NCBI GenBank assembly: GCA_951406725.2
Contig: OX597818.1
Coordinates: 85,312,001-85,376,000 of the forward strand
Direction: 5' to 3'
DNA length: 64,000 nt
Source of the DNA: Octopus vulgaris
Lineage: Eukaryota
Under the pieces are notes generated by a model. That model had not been told where the DNA came from. It saw only the letters and a program-made list of their open reading frames with translations, and did not search any database. Positions 1 to 10,860 of this stretch are shown here, piece after piece. The position numbers and the translations under genes are program-made. How positions within the stretch are numbered: position 1 is the stretch's first letter; each line of letters starts with the position of its first letter.

Positions 1-17
1 TATGTGTGTATATATAT

Positions 18-128
18 AACGGGAAGCTTTATGAAAATAGACAAAAGACGAAGGCAGGTGGAAAACAAACAAACAATTGTATTAGTATGGCGCTCAGGAA
101 ATATAAATAAAACAAGTCTTTAACGTTT
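18..128 (-). mobile_element. Truncated copy of microsatellite-embedded Penelope-like family A
   Basis: Near-identical to 15070-15180 (aacgggaagctttatgaaaat...gtattagtatggcgctcagg...aagtcttt). It breaks off inside the hammerhead motif and lies between TA-rich microsatellites. Confidence 0.6.
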
Positions 129-132
129 ACTG

Positions 133-200
<68 letters not shown>

Positions 201-205
<5 letters not shown>

Positions 206-618
206 AGTAATGAGAGAGAGTCCACATGTGGTCACTCTAACGCTAGATATAGATCCATGAAGGGAATCCACCACTAAAGAATTGTTCTCAAGAATTAGTT
301 CAATGCACCAAGAATGTAAGTGAGCAGGACAAATGAAAAGTAACGAATAAAAAATAGATTAACTCTATACAATTGTTTCACCGTTAATAGATTGTGTAAT
401 TTTACTTACATAATCATTTTCAGATCTTCAGTAGAGTATATCAAAAATATAATATAATTTGCTGAGTCAAACGCCAACATTAGAGTGACCACATGTGGAC
501 TCTCTCTCATTACTTGTATTAATAATTTTTACTGTATCCCAGTTTTTATACACTAGGCCACTTGGTGTTTTAAATTGATGCTATTAATTAATATTCAATT
601 TTTTCACCCTTATTGTGA

Positions 619-622
<4 letters not shown>
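201..622 (-). mobile_element. (TA)n-embedded fold-back element, probable Penelope-like (pLTR) remnant
   Basis: Flanked by (TA)n on both sides. Perfect 40-bp inverted repeat 201-240 / 480-519 (atacaagtaatgagagagagtccacatgtggtcactctaa), with a hammerhead motif between the arms. Confidence 0.65.
362..437 (-). ncRNA. Type I hammerhead ribozyme motif (canonical core)
   Basis: Minus strand reads ACUCUA-CUGAAGA-[UCUG...CGGU, long stem II]-GAAA-CAAUUG-UA-UAGAGU. Stem I is a perfect 6 bp (ACUCUA/UAGAGU), stem III is the palindrome ACAAUUGU, and the cleavage triplet is GUA (370-368). The 10.1-11.1 pair is a U-U mismatch. Confidence 0.75.
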
Positions 623-674
<52 letters not shown>

Positions 675-949
675 TATACAGCAGGCTTCCACACAGTTTC
701 CATTGACCAAATTCACTTACAGGGCATTGGTTAGCCCAGAGTTGTAGTAGAAAACATTTGCAAGGTACTGCTCAGTGGAACTGATCCCCAAAACTCGTAG
801 TTGCAAAGCAAGCTTCTTTACCATACGGCCATATCTGCATCTGACATTCTATTGGTCTGTTTTTTTTCCTCATTTGCAGAGGCTTAGGACCAGTCCTCCT
901 CATTTCATTCTCTCTCCCTCTCTTTCTTTCTCTCTCTCTCTCTCTCTCA

Positions 950-994
<45 letters not shown>

Positions 995-1681
995 GCTCTT
1001 GTCCAATTTTATTTTCAGTCCTGTCTCTCTCACTGCATCTCAGTCCTTAATCAAATTAGCTTAATACTTGCTCTTGTTTCATTTTGGTGATTATGATGAC
1101 AATCATGATGATGTCTTATCTTTTCAATTATGTCATCAGTTATCCTCTTATCTCTGTTATTATTATTATCATTATCATTATTTTCATTAATCATTGTGAG
1201 ATATTAGATGAGAAAAGGAAAAAAACAAAAGTTTATTTCCTTATTCTAGTCTGTGGCGTTTTTGTTCAATATTGTTATTATTATCATTGTTGTTGTTATT
1301 TTTGTTGTCATTACAATTAGTGAGACAGTGACAAATTGTTCAAACAACTTATCCATTGTGATGAATGAGGATAGAGAATAAAATTACATTACATGGGTTG
1401 GGAGTAGGGGTGCATAACAACACTAGGTACTGCTGGTGATTGGTGTTTAAAGAAGGGATCTGGTCTCATATACTTTCATAGTATCTAAACCCACCTCCCT
1501 GCTTTTATAGGATTTGAAAAGATTAAAGTTGATCAAAATTGGACTAAGCCTTTTTTTGCATTAGTATTTAGTTTCATCCCTCTTGGTTACTCGACATAAT
1601 CCCTCTATAGTAATATATTACAGGATTGAGTTTAACTGATTATACTAATTCCTTCATAAATCTGTCTGTCTGTCCGTCCAT

Positions 1682-1773
<92 letters not shown>

Positions 1774-1880
1774 ATATATAAATAGATAAAAAATGGAAGA
1801 TGGACAAGCAAAGCAATTGGTGTTACTCAAGGATATTGACTTCATAATAAAGAGTTTAAATTAAGCATAGAACAGTTGTG

Positions 1881-2510
1881 GTAGATATGGCTGTGTGGTA
1901 AAAAGCTTGCTTCCCAACCACATGGTTCTAGGTTCAGTCCAATTGTGTGGCACTTTGAGCAAGTATCTTCTACTATAGCCACAGGCCAACCAAAGCCTTG
2001 TGAGTGGATTTGGTAGATGGAAACGGAAAGAAGCCTGCCATATATTTACATCTCTCTCTCTATATATATATATATATGACAATGATGCGGGTGGCACGTA
2101 AAAAGCACCCACTACACTCACGGAGTGGTTGGCGTTAGGAAGGGCATCCAGCCGTAGAAACACTGCCAGATTTGACTGGGCCTGATGAAGCCTTCTGGCT
2201 TCACAGACCCCAGTAGAACCGTCCAACCCATGCTAGCATGGAAAACGGACGCTAAACGACGATGATGATGATGATGATATATATATGTGTGTGTGTGTGT
2301 TTGTGTTTGTCCCTCAACTGCCACTTTACAACCGGTGATGGTTTATTTATATCCCTGTAACTTAGCAGCCTGGCAAAGAGCCCAATAGAATAAGTACCAG
2401 GTTTAAAAACAAGTACTGGGGTTGATGTGTTTGACAAAAAGATTCTTCAAGACAGTGCCCCAGCATGGTGGCAGTCTAATGACTGAAACATGTAAAAGAT
2501 AAAAGATGTG
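1881..2510 (+). mobile_element. tRNA-derived SINE family 1 (CORE-like, internal microsatellite, CR1/L2-type tail), interrupted
   Basis: Head tggctgtgtggtaa...ggttcagtcc...gagcaagt...gtgagtggatttggtaga and tail gtgccccagcatgg...agtctaatgactgaaac. A (GAT)n-tailed element is inserted at 2082-2279. Confidence 0.75.
2082..2279 (+). mobile_element. (GAT)n-tailed retroposon 3' end (family 2; further copies about 2870-3218, 23030-23190 -, 30090-30300 -, 33660-33800, 46590-46738, 58130-58300)
   Basis: gttggcgttaggaagggcatccagccgtagaaa...cgtccaacccatgctagcatggaaaacggacg + (gat)n. Conserved terminal hairpin CCATGC/GCATGG. Confidence 0.7.
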
Positions 2511-3237
2511 TGTGTGTGTGTGTGATTCTTTTGGGTAACAGTGGATCTTGAAGCAGTAAAGCTATAAATAATAGTATGTAAATATCTGGTTAAAAAGCTT
2601 TTTGGAGAGGAAAAAAATGCTGCTTGTGGGACATGAATCCGCATCTCTTGCAAACATGAGAGGCATTCTACCATTGAACCAAAACAAGCCTTTGAATGTC
2701 TAATTTCTCTATCATTCTTATCTGTAAGAATTGTATACTGTTGATGTCATGAGAATTTAAACTTCAAGATAAGGTAAAATAATTCTTTTTTTTTTTTTTT
2801 TTTTGTAACTGTGAATTTCGGAGTAGAAAAGCTGTAAATAATAGCATGTGAATATTTCATTTGGTACTCATGCCAGTGGCCCATAAAAGGCACCATTCAA
2901 GCACTGGGCCTCATGGGGGGCTATGTGACTGATGCCAGTGTCAGGTAACTGGCACCCATGCCAGTGGCACATAAAAAGCACCATTCAAGCGTTGAGCCTT
3001 ATGGAGGCAATGTGACCAATGCCAGTGTCACATAACTGGCACTCATGCTGGTAGCATGTAAAAGCACCCATTACACTGTTGGAGGGGCTGGCATTAGGAA
3101 GAGCATTCAGCTGTAGAAACCATGCCAAATCAGATTAGAGTCTGGTGCAGCCCCTCAGCTTACCAGCCCTGGTCAAACCATTCAACCCATGCCGTGGACA
3201 ACAAATGCTGATGATGATATATATATGTATGTGTGTA

Positions 3238-3520
3238 TAGGGGAGAATTCACACACAAAAAAAAACAAAAGATGAAGACAGGTGGTGTAAACAACAAACA
3301 GATGTATTAGTTTAACGCTCAGGAAGTGAAAACGTCTTTAACATTTCGAGCCTACGCTATTCCACAGAAAGGAACACAGAAAGAAACAAGGAGAGAAAAT
3401 AAAGAATGTGTAGTGGCTACTGATCTATCATGGCGAATGCTGGACAGAGGGGTCACACAGGAGAGCTAGGAAGAAGGGGAGATAATAATGTAATGGTGAT
3501 CCCAAAATGAAGGTGCGCGT
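3238..3520 (-). mobile_element. Diverged Penelope-like family A copy with decayed hammerhead-like motif (3336-3371)
   Basis: Shares acaaaagatgaagacaggtgg...gtattagt...cgctcagga...tttcgagcctacgc...cagaaagaaacaaggagagaaaa with the 15070 copy. Minus strand reads CUUU-CUGUGGA-A-UAGC(GUAG)GCUC-GAAAUGU-U-AAAG. Confidence 0.55.
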
Positions 3521-5520
3521 GTGTGTGTATAAGAGAGGATGTATGTGCTTGTGGAAGAGGGCTGGTGACCTTGACGTGTGTGTGTATATGTATGTACATA
3601 TAGCTATGTGGTTAAGAGGTTTGCTTCTCATTCATGTAGTTACTGGTTCAATTACACTGCCTGGTATCTTGGACAAATGTCTTCTAACATAGCTCTTGGT
3701 TGACTATGGCCTTGTAAGTGGAGTTGATAAATGGAAACTAAAATAGGCCTGTCATATTAATACTTTTATTATAGAATATGTATTTTAAATCATCCTCATT
3801 ACCACCACCATCATTGTCATTAGCATCCAGGCAGTGATTTTTCCAGAATCATTAGTCTGCCACACAAAAGTACTTAACGCTATTTCTTCCAGCTTCATGT
3901 TCTAAGTTCAAATGTCACTCAAGTCAATTTTGCTTTTCATCCTTTCAAGGTCAATAAAACAAGTACCATTTGAACTCTTGGGGGTCAATGTAATTAACTA
4001 TTCGTGCCTCTCAAAATTGCTGGTTTTGTGCCAAAAATGAAAAAGAATTTTTTTTATTGAAATTATTAAGCAGGTACAGTAAAATTTAGTACCAGTCATA
4101 TGCTGAGATATTTCTCATTGTTGCTTTAAAACCCTTGCCCTATTGTTTTGAATTTGAAACTTATTCAGATCAACCTAGCTTTTTAGTGATCCTGTTATCA
4201 ATAAACTATTAGAAAATGTTGTATGATTGTGTGTGTGTATACATACATACAGATAAATCCCCCCCCCATACACATACGTGCACATACACGCACACACAAT
4301 TATTCTTTCACAAGTATAGTGTTGACAGTGACTGAAGTTTCAGTGTGATTAGCCTTCATTAGACTGTCCGATAAATATATTCTCTATATTAAGTATTGAG
4401 TAATTCTTTAGTTTAATGTAATGTAAAATTATTTTGTGGCATTTCATCTGTCTTTACGGTCTGAGTTCAAATTTCACCAAGGTCATCTTTGCCTTTCATC
4501 CTTTCAAAGATCAATGAAATAAGTATCAGTTAAGCCATGGGGCTGTAATTGACTAGCCCATTCTCTCTCCCTGCCAAATTTCAGGCCTTTGTCTATTGTA
4601 CAGGAGATTATAAAATTAAACACACACACGTACATACAGACCCAGCATAGCTGAAATATCTTCTGGAAAGGTGATAGCCCAGTGCTAGTTTTATATCAAC
4701 AAAAACTGTTGTAGTTGATGTAACATACTTTTGGAATGCTGTGCTGGGAAATCACTTTATACACAAGCTGTGATTCTCATTTTGATCATGTGACATTTGA
4801 CTCTATTCACTTTCTTTATCATCTCCCCTTCTTGTTCTCTCTCTTGTTCTCTCTCTCCTCCTCTTATAAGATTAACTGTGGTGATGGTGATGATAATAGT
4901 AGTAGTGGTGGTGGTGGTTATTGTCGTGTGATAGGGGTACTTTTAAGATAGCCATCAGCATTTCTACTACTGTCATCCTGTAGTACTTTTAGCATCTCTT
5001 TGTCATCACCACAATGACTTTTATGTTACCATTGGCATCCTTCATCATCAACAGCAGCATAATGATCATCATCCACACCATTACCATTGTTGACCATAAT
5101 CTTAACTTGTGGTTACCATTATCAGAATAGTTGCATTCTGATCAGCATCAACACCACCATCATCATCACAATTGTTATCACCATTATTACAATTGTCATC
5201 ATCATTGTCATTGTCATAACAACCACCCTAGTCATTTTCATCACAATTGCCACCATCATTATCATGGTGGACTAGAGGCGCAGGCATGGCCGTGTGGTAA
5301 GAAACCGGCTTCCCAATCACATGATTCTGAGTTCAGTCCCACTGCATGGCACCTTGGCAAAATGTCTTATACTATAACCTTGGGTCAACCAGAACCTTGT
5401 AAGTGGATTTGGTTGACAGAAAGTGAAAGACATCTCTTTGCTTTCAATTATATATATGAGTGAGTAGACAAACGAAAGAAATGCACTCAACACATTTATT
5501 GGGAGTTATATGTATAAATC

Positions 5521-5640
5521 AAACAGTTTGATTCAAACTCCTTGAGTTTCGAGCATGTGGCTAGTCTTCAGACCCTAATGGCCAAAGACTAGTCACACAC
5601 TTGAAACTCAGAGTACTGAGGAGTCTGAATCAAACTGTTT
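5521..5640. repeat. Imperfect inverted repeat / fold-back insert with hammerhead-like core remnants
   Basis: Arms 5521-5568 and 5585-5640 are reverse complements with an 8-nt insertion. The minus strand of the left arm has CUGAAGA...GAAACUC-AAG-GAGU. Flanked by TA-rich microsatellite. Confidence 0.6.
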
Positions 5641-5661
5641 TGAGATATATATACATACATA

Positions 5662-6524
5662 CAGGGTGCAATGGCTAAATTGTCACTATTTTATATTTTT
5701 TATTTCGTGCATGCCCATTGTTTTTGTTGATTACACAGTATAGTAGGATCAGTTGGGCACCATCTGTGAGAAAAACAGCACCATGACGCAATTCACTCTG
5801 CCAGAAATTTGGAAACAACATGCTGTACTACTTGGCATTCATGCCAAAAGCTCCAATATGAACATTTTAGGGTTTCTGGGTGTCAATCTGAGGGCAGTGC
5901 AATCTGAGGACATGTACTGAGAGTGATAAAAATCAAACATCCAGTCAACATCATGGTGTTAGGAGTGATCAGTAGTGATGGCAGCGCTATGCTTCCATCT
6001 TCCCACATGGTCTCAGACTCGACACAGAGGCCTACATCAAGTGCCTGGAGGAGGTAGTGCTGCCCTGGGTCAAGGGGTGGCTGCTGGAAGACCCTGTGTC
6101 TGGCAACAGGACTCTGCACCATGCCACACAAGCTGAAAAACACAGTCATGGCTGTCAGACAATTTTTGTGACCACCCCTAACATTTGGCCACCTATCTTA
6201 TCAGACTGTAACCCGCTTGATTATTATGTGTAGGTCACAGTTGAGTGAGAGACCAACAAAACTCCTTGTAACACCAAAGATGAACTGAAGACAAGGATTA
6301 TGGCAGCATTCACCAACTTAAACAAGGAGGCCATCCAGAAGAGTTGCAGGAGATTCCAAAGTCGCCCGGAGGCCATGGTTGAAGCCATTGGTGAATTTAT
6401 TGAATAAATTTACTCTTTAGTCTTTCAAGATATTTTTATGTAATTTTGGTAAATATATCTGTTAAAATGAGATGTTATTTTCATTTTTGCATAATTTAGA
6501 CAACAGTTTATTCACCACACCCTG
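5662..6524 (+). mobile_element. Internally deleted, defective Tc1/mariner-superfamily transposon (DD37D/maT type)
   Basis: TA flanks (5660-61, 6525-26) and imperfect TIRs cagggtgcaatggctaaattgtc / gacaacagtttattcaccacaccctg. Transposase remnants KHPVNIMVLGVISSDG, AYIKCLEEVVLPW, VWQQDSAPCH (D at 6110) and WPP...DCNPLDYYV (D at 6219). The D-D spacing of 109 bp equals DD37D if a 5-bp deletion is restored. Stops and frameshifts are present. Confidence 0.88.
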
Positions 6525-7036
6525 TATATATATGTATGTACATGTGTCTTTGTGTTTGTCCCCCACCACTGTTCAACAACTAGTCTTGGTGTGTTTATGT
6601 TCCCATAATTTAGCAGTTCATCAAAAGAGACCAATTAAATAAGTATCAGCCTTAAAATATAAGTTCTGAGGTTGATTCGTTTGACTAAAACATTTTACAA
6701 GGTGGTGTCACAGCATGGCCATAGTCTAATGACTGAAACATGTAAAAGATAAAACAGCATTACTATAGTCTTATGTGTTACATCCAGAGATTTTCTTGTA
6801 TGCAATAACAACTAGACATACAATAACTCCACCACTATTACATGTACTTACCACATAAACCCTACACATGTTAAGAGAATGGTCAGCTGGTAAATTGGGG
6901 TACTTGAGGTTATATGTGAGTACCTCGCGACTCCCAGCAGTCTTACCAATCCACTCACACAACTAAACTGTCCTTTTTTTTATCTGGTGCTAAAGCTCGT
7001 ATGGTTGAATGACAGTGAGTGAACACATAACAATTA

Positions 7037-7445
7037 GGGGCTTTAATGAATGTGCAAGTTGTTTACTGGCCATGTAAGGTGTTTAATGGGCATTTGGGGC
7101 CATAATGTCATGTATGGGCTTTAATGGGCATGTAGAGGCTTTAATGGGTACATATAGGGTTTTAATGGGTTTGACAGAAATGCTGGGACTTTAAAGGGCA
7201 TGTAGAGCCCTTAATCAGCATGTAGGAACTTTATTGGACATGTGAGGGCTTTAATGGATATGGGGAGACTTTAATGGGTATGTGGAGCTTTCAATGGACA
7301 TGCAGAATTTTAATGGCTTTGTGAAGACATTGAAAAAATGCTGGAACTTTAAGGGGTATATGGAGACCTTAACTGGGATGTAGGGACTTCAGTGGACTTG
7401 TAGGAAATTTATTGAACATGCTGGGGATCTTAATAACCATGTGGG
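7037..7445. repeat. Degenerate minisatellite, about 20-bp unit
   Basis: Consensus about gggctttaatgggcatgtag, repeated about 20 times with heavy divergence. Confidence 0.75.
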
Positions 7446-8416
7446 TACACATGCACTTTTATGTGCATGTTTACCAAGAAGTCAACTTGTCCATCAAAGT
7501 AACTATCCAGGTCTGCATGGAGGCTAGGAATGGTACAAGGAATTAAAAAGAATTAAAGCTGTTGGCTTTCTGTTACACAAATGACCTTACTGTATACATG
7601 ATCCTCCTCTTCACCATTTTAGGTCAATTTTCCATGCTGTTAAGGGTTGGATAGTTTGAAAGGATCTGGTGAACCATAGATTGGCATCAGTGCTTATGTA
7701 TGAGTATGTGTGGTTGATATATTTATTATAAAATTTGTGTTGGCTCAGACTTTAGATTATACTTGGTAGCTTAAAATAAATGAATTGTCAACCAAATCTT
7801 AAAGTTGCAGACAGCAAGTGTTTCATAATAAATTTTACTCTGCTCCCAGTATGGAGCCCACCCACCAGTTATCTGTTGTTGTTGTTCTTAAACTTGCTTC
7901 AAAATAATAACACCACTTCTTCCATCTCTTTCTGTGTGTGTGTGTGTATTTATAATGTTTGTGTATGTACACATACAGATGTGTACACATGTGCACATAC
8001 ACTACCATTCCCAACACTTAACGCAAGTATTACTTTTTACTTCATAGTACATACTATACTCTCATTTTGTGAGTGCATATATATATGTGTGTGTGTGTGT
8101 GCACATATATATGCCAATGTCTATTTTTGTATGTGTATATGTATGCTTTTATATATATGTGCATGCATGTGTGTTTATACACATACAAGTATACATACAT
8201 GCACATAATACAGCCATGCCTTGAAGAACATTTCATGAACAGTAACACTTAGTGAAGCAATAGTGAAGTCTTAGATTTTGAACAAAGACGTGAATTTGAT
8301 TGTGTATATATCGATTTCTCTTTTCTTTTGTTTGTTCAGTCAGGTTCATGTATAAATACACTCACACGCATACATATTCATGTATAGATACCTACACATA
8401 ATCATGTACATATATA

Positions 8417-8463
<47 letters not shown>

Positions 8464-9364
8464 ATACATACACTCACACACACAGAGACACACATATTTG
8501 TTTATATACATGCACACACATTCATGTATAAATACAGGCACTTGTATTCATATGTAAATACCTGTACACATATGTATATGTGATTACATGTATATACATT
8601 CACACCACACATTCCCCCACCATCATCATCACCACCATTGAAATTTGGTGCAGCCTTTACAGTTAAATTACATGGAGTGGCAGTTATAAATCCAGTTTTT
8701 CAAATTGTTGTTTTATTTTACAAGACATCACTATATTATTGTACTGCTATTTTCGTGTTTATTGTTCTTCACAATATTTTCTTATATTAGCATGTTACTC
8801 TAGCAATACTTCCATACTTCTTAATTCTAATCCAGCTAGTATTGGCTTTGTCAAGATTTTTACATATTTTGTGTAAGAAATAAGAATGGTAATTTATGCA
8901 GGAATAAATTAATAGTAGACATTATTTGCCAGAAATCTGACACCAAATGAATTTCCAAATCCAGTCTTTGATGATAGAAGAATTTGAATATTAACAACAG
9001 TAATAATCTTTTTCAGTAGCATGTGGTTCTAAATTCATTAAGGGAAATCAATAGTTAATTAGCTCAACTCAATATACGTCTGGTATTTTTTCTCTTCTAT
9101 ATTGTTTAGATTAAGAAACTCATTATAGGCACAGGCATAGCTGTGTAGTTAAAAAGTTCATTATTGATACAAGCATGGCTTGTGGTTATGGAGTTTGCTC
9201 CCCAGCACATGGTTTTGTGTTCAGTCTCAATACATGACACCTTGGGCAGATGTCTTCTATTTTATTTCAGGGGCTAAGCAAACTCTTCTGACTCGACAGA
9301 AACTGAAAGCAGCCTGATGTATATTCATAAACATGTATACACACACACATGGAGATTATATATA

Positions 9365-9656
9365 TTGTTTGTTTGTTCCTTCTCGAGCCATGTCTGGCTC
9401 ATAAGGGCCAGTTTCCCAGTTTCCTTGGCGTATAGGACGAGACACCTGTCCGTTGCAGGTGAGCTGCAAGATGCAGGAGGAAAGAGCGAGAGAAAGTTGT
9501 GGTAAAAGAGTCAGCAGAAGTTTGCCATCACCTTCTGCCGGAGCTGCGTGGAGCTTAGGTGTTTAACTCATAAACACACACATCGCCCGGTCTGAGATTC
9601 GAATCCACGATCTCTCAACTGCGAGTCCACTGCTCTAACCACTTGGCCATGTGCCT

Positions 9657-9658
<2 letters not shown>
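9365..9658 (-). mobile_element. Well-preserved tRNA-derived SINE (family 4) with (AAAC)n tail
   Basis: Minus strand GGAGGCACA-TGGCCAAGTGG (A box)...GGATTCGAATC (B box), a unique body, and tail aacaaacaaacaa. Decayed relatives at about 25850-25970, 26598-26700, 28410-28830 and 58360-58570. Confidence 0.8.
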
Positions 9659-9695
<37 letters not shown>

Positions 9696-10064
9696 CAAGA
9701 TCCAATGCAAGGAAAATACGAACCTCTTATAGGAATGAAAACAGCCAATTTTTCACTGGCTCAACTGTTTGAGATATATATATATATATACTTACATACA
9801 CACCCATACATACACCTATACGTACATGTGTGTTTGTAGTCTCCTTGTTTTAACATCACATAATGGTTATAAATAAGCATCACTATCCCATGAGTGGTGT
9901 ACTTAATTTGCAATAGTCTTTTAAAAACTTGTTCAGATGTGGAGGAAACATTGCTTTTCTAAAAAAACAGGTTCAAGCTGAAGGTTGATGAGAAGGACAT
10001 CCATCTATAGAAAATCTATCTTCACATGTTCCATCTCACCCATATACACATGGAAGAGTGAACT

Positions 10065-10286
10065 TTAACATTTAAACTGGCCATATTTGGCCCACATATT
10101 CTACGTGTTTTATTATTTTCAAACCAGCCTGATTCAGCCTCTAACACCTACCCTACAATGTCATTTTATAAGTAAATAGTCACATCATCAAAATCTAACG
10201 CTATGAAATAATGTATGATTGATTTAAAACAATGTGAATAAATAAACATTACTTTTGACATAGTAATTTGAATGCTAATGGATTAA
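10065..10286. mobile_element. Second piggyBac-type MITE family (related copies about 33000-33218, 57990-58120, 60000-60260)
   Basis: Shared body catttaaactggccatat...ctctcacacctaccctacaatgtcatt...gaatgctaa, with a TTAA end in several copies. Confidence 0.55.
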
Positions 10287-10494
10287 AACAGTGATGGTTG
10301 TTTGTGGTGGTGGACCAAATTCCAAAGTTCAAGAAAGAAGGAACAAGCAGAATATGATATAGAATCAAAGAAGAAGAAGGACAACAACAATTACTAAAAG
10401 GCTAAGGAACTTAAAGAAATTTGCCTCGGAGACTTTTGAAGTGTGCCTAGACGTGCTTCTTTGCAGTTTAGCTAATAGCAAAGAAATAGGGTCT

Positions 10495-10860
10495 TGAGTT
10501 CCCAATCATATGGTCTTCAGTTCAGTCCCACTGTGTGCCACTCTTACTGGGCCTCTTACTACAATGCTGAGCTGACCACCAAAGTATTGTGAGTACATTT
10601 AGTAAATGGAAACTCTGTGTATGTGTGTGTGCGTGCTATTGTCTATCTGTCCCTGCTCATTCATGACAGTCTTCGATTGTTTACATCCCTGTCTGTAATG
10701 CAGCAGTTTGGCTTAGTGGAGTGACAGAATTAGAAGAATAAGTACCAGATTTAAAAAAAAAATAAGTATTGCGATTGATTTGTTCAACTAAACCTTTCAA
10801 GGTGGTGCCCCAGCATGGCCGCAGTCCAATGACTGAAACAAAGTAAAAGATAAATGATAA
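10495..10860 (+). mobile_element. SINE family 1 copy with well-preserved 3' tail
   Basis: Ends ggtggtgccccagcatggccgcagtccaatgactgaaacaaagtaaaagataaa. Confidence 0.75.

Larger units (their letters stand above)
5276..6754 (+). mobile_element. SINE family 1 copy split by nested insertions (5' half 5276-5432, 3' half 6543-6754)
   Basis: The two halves match the intact-order copies at 10495-10860 and 44395-44733. The fold-back insert and maT transposon sit in its internal microsatellite. Confidence 0.7.

Noticed and set aside
2182-2188. CTGATGA as a hammerhead core
   Set aside because: No suitably placed GAAA or stems I/III. It lies inside the (GAT)n-tailed retroposon.
9585-9658. tRNA-like sequence with A and B boxes
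   Set aside because: No proper acceptor stem, and it continues into a SINE body and tail. It is a SINE head, not a tRNA gene.
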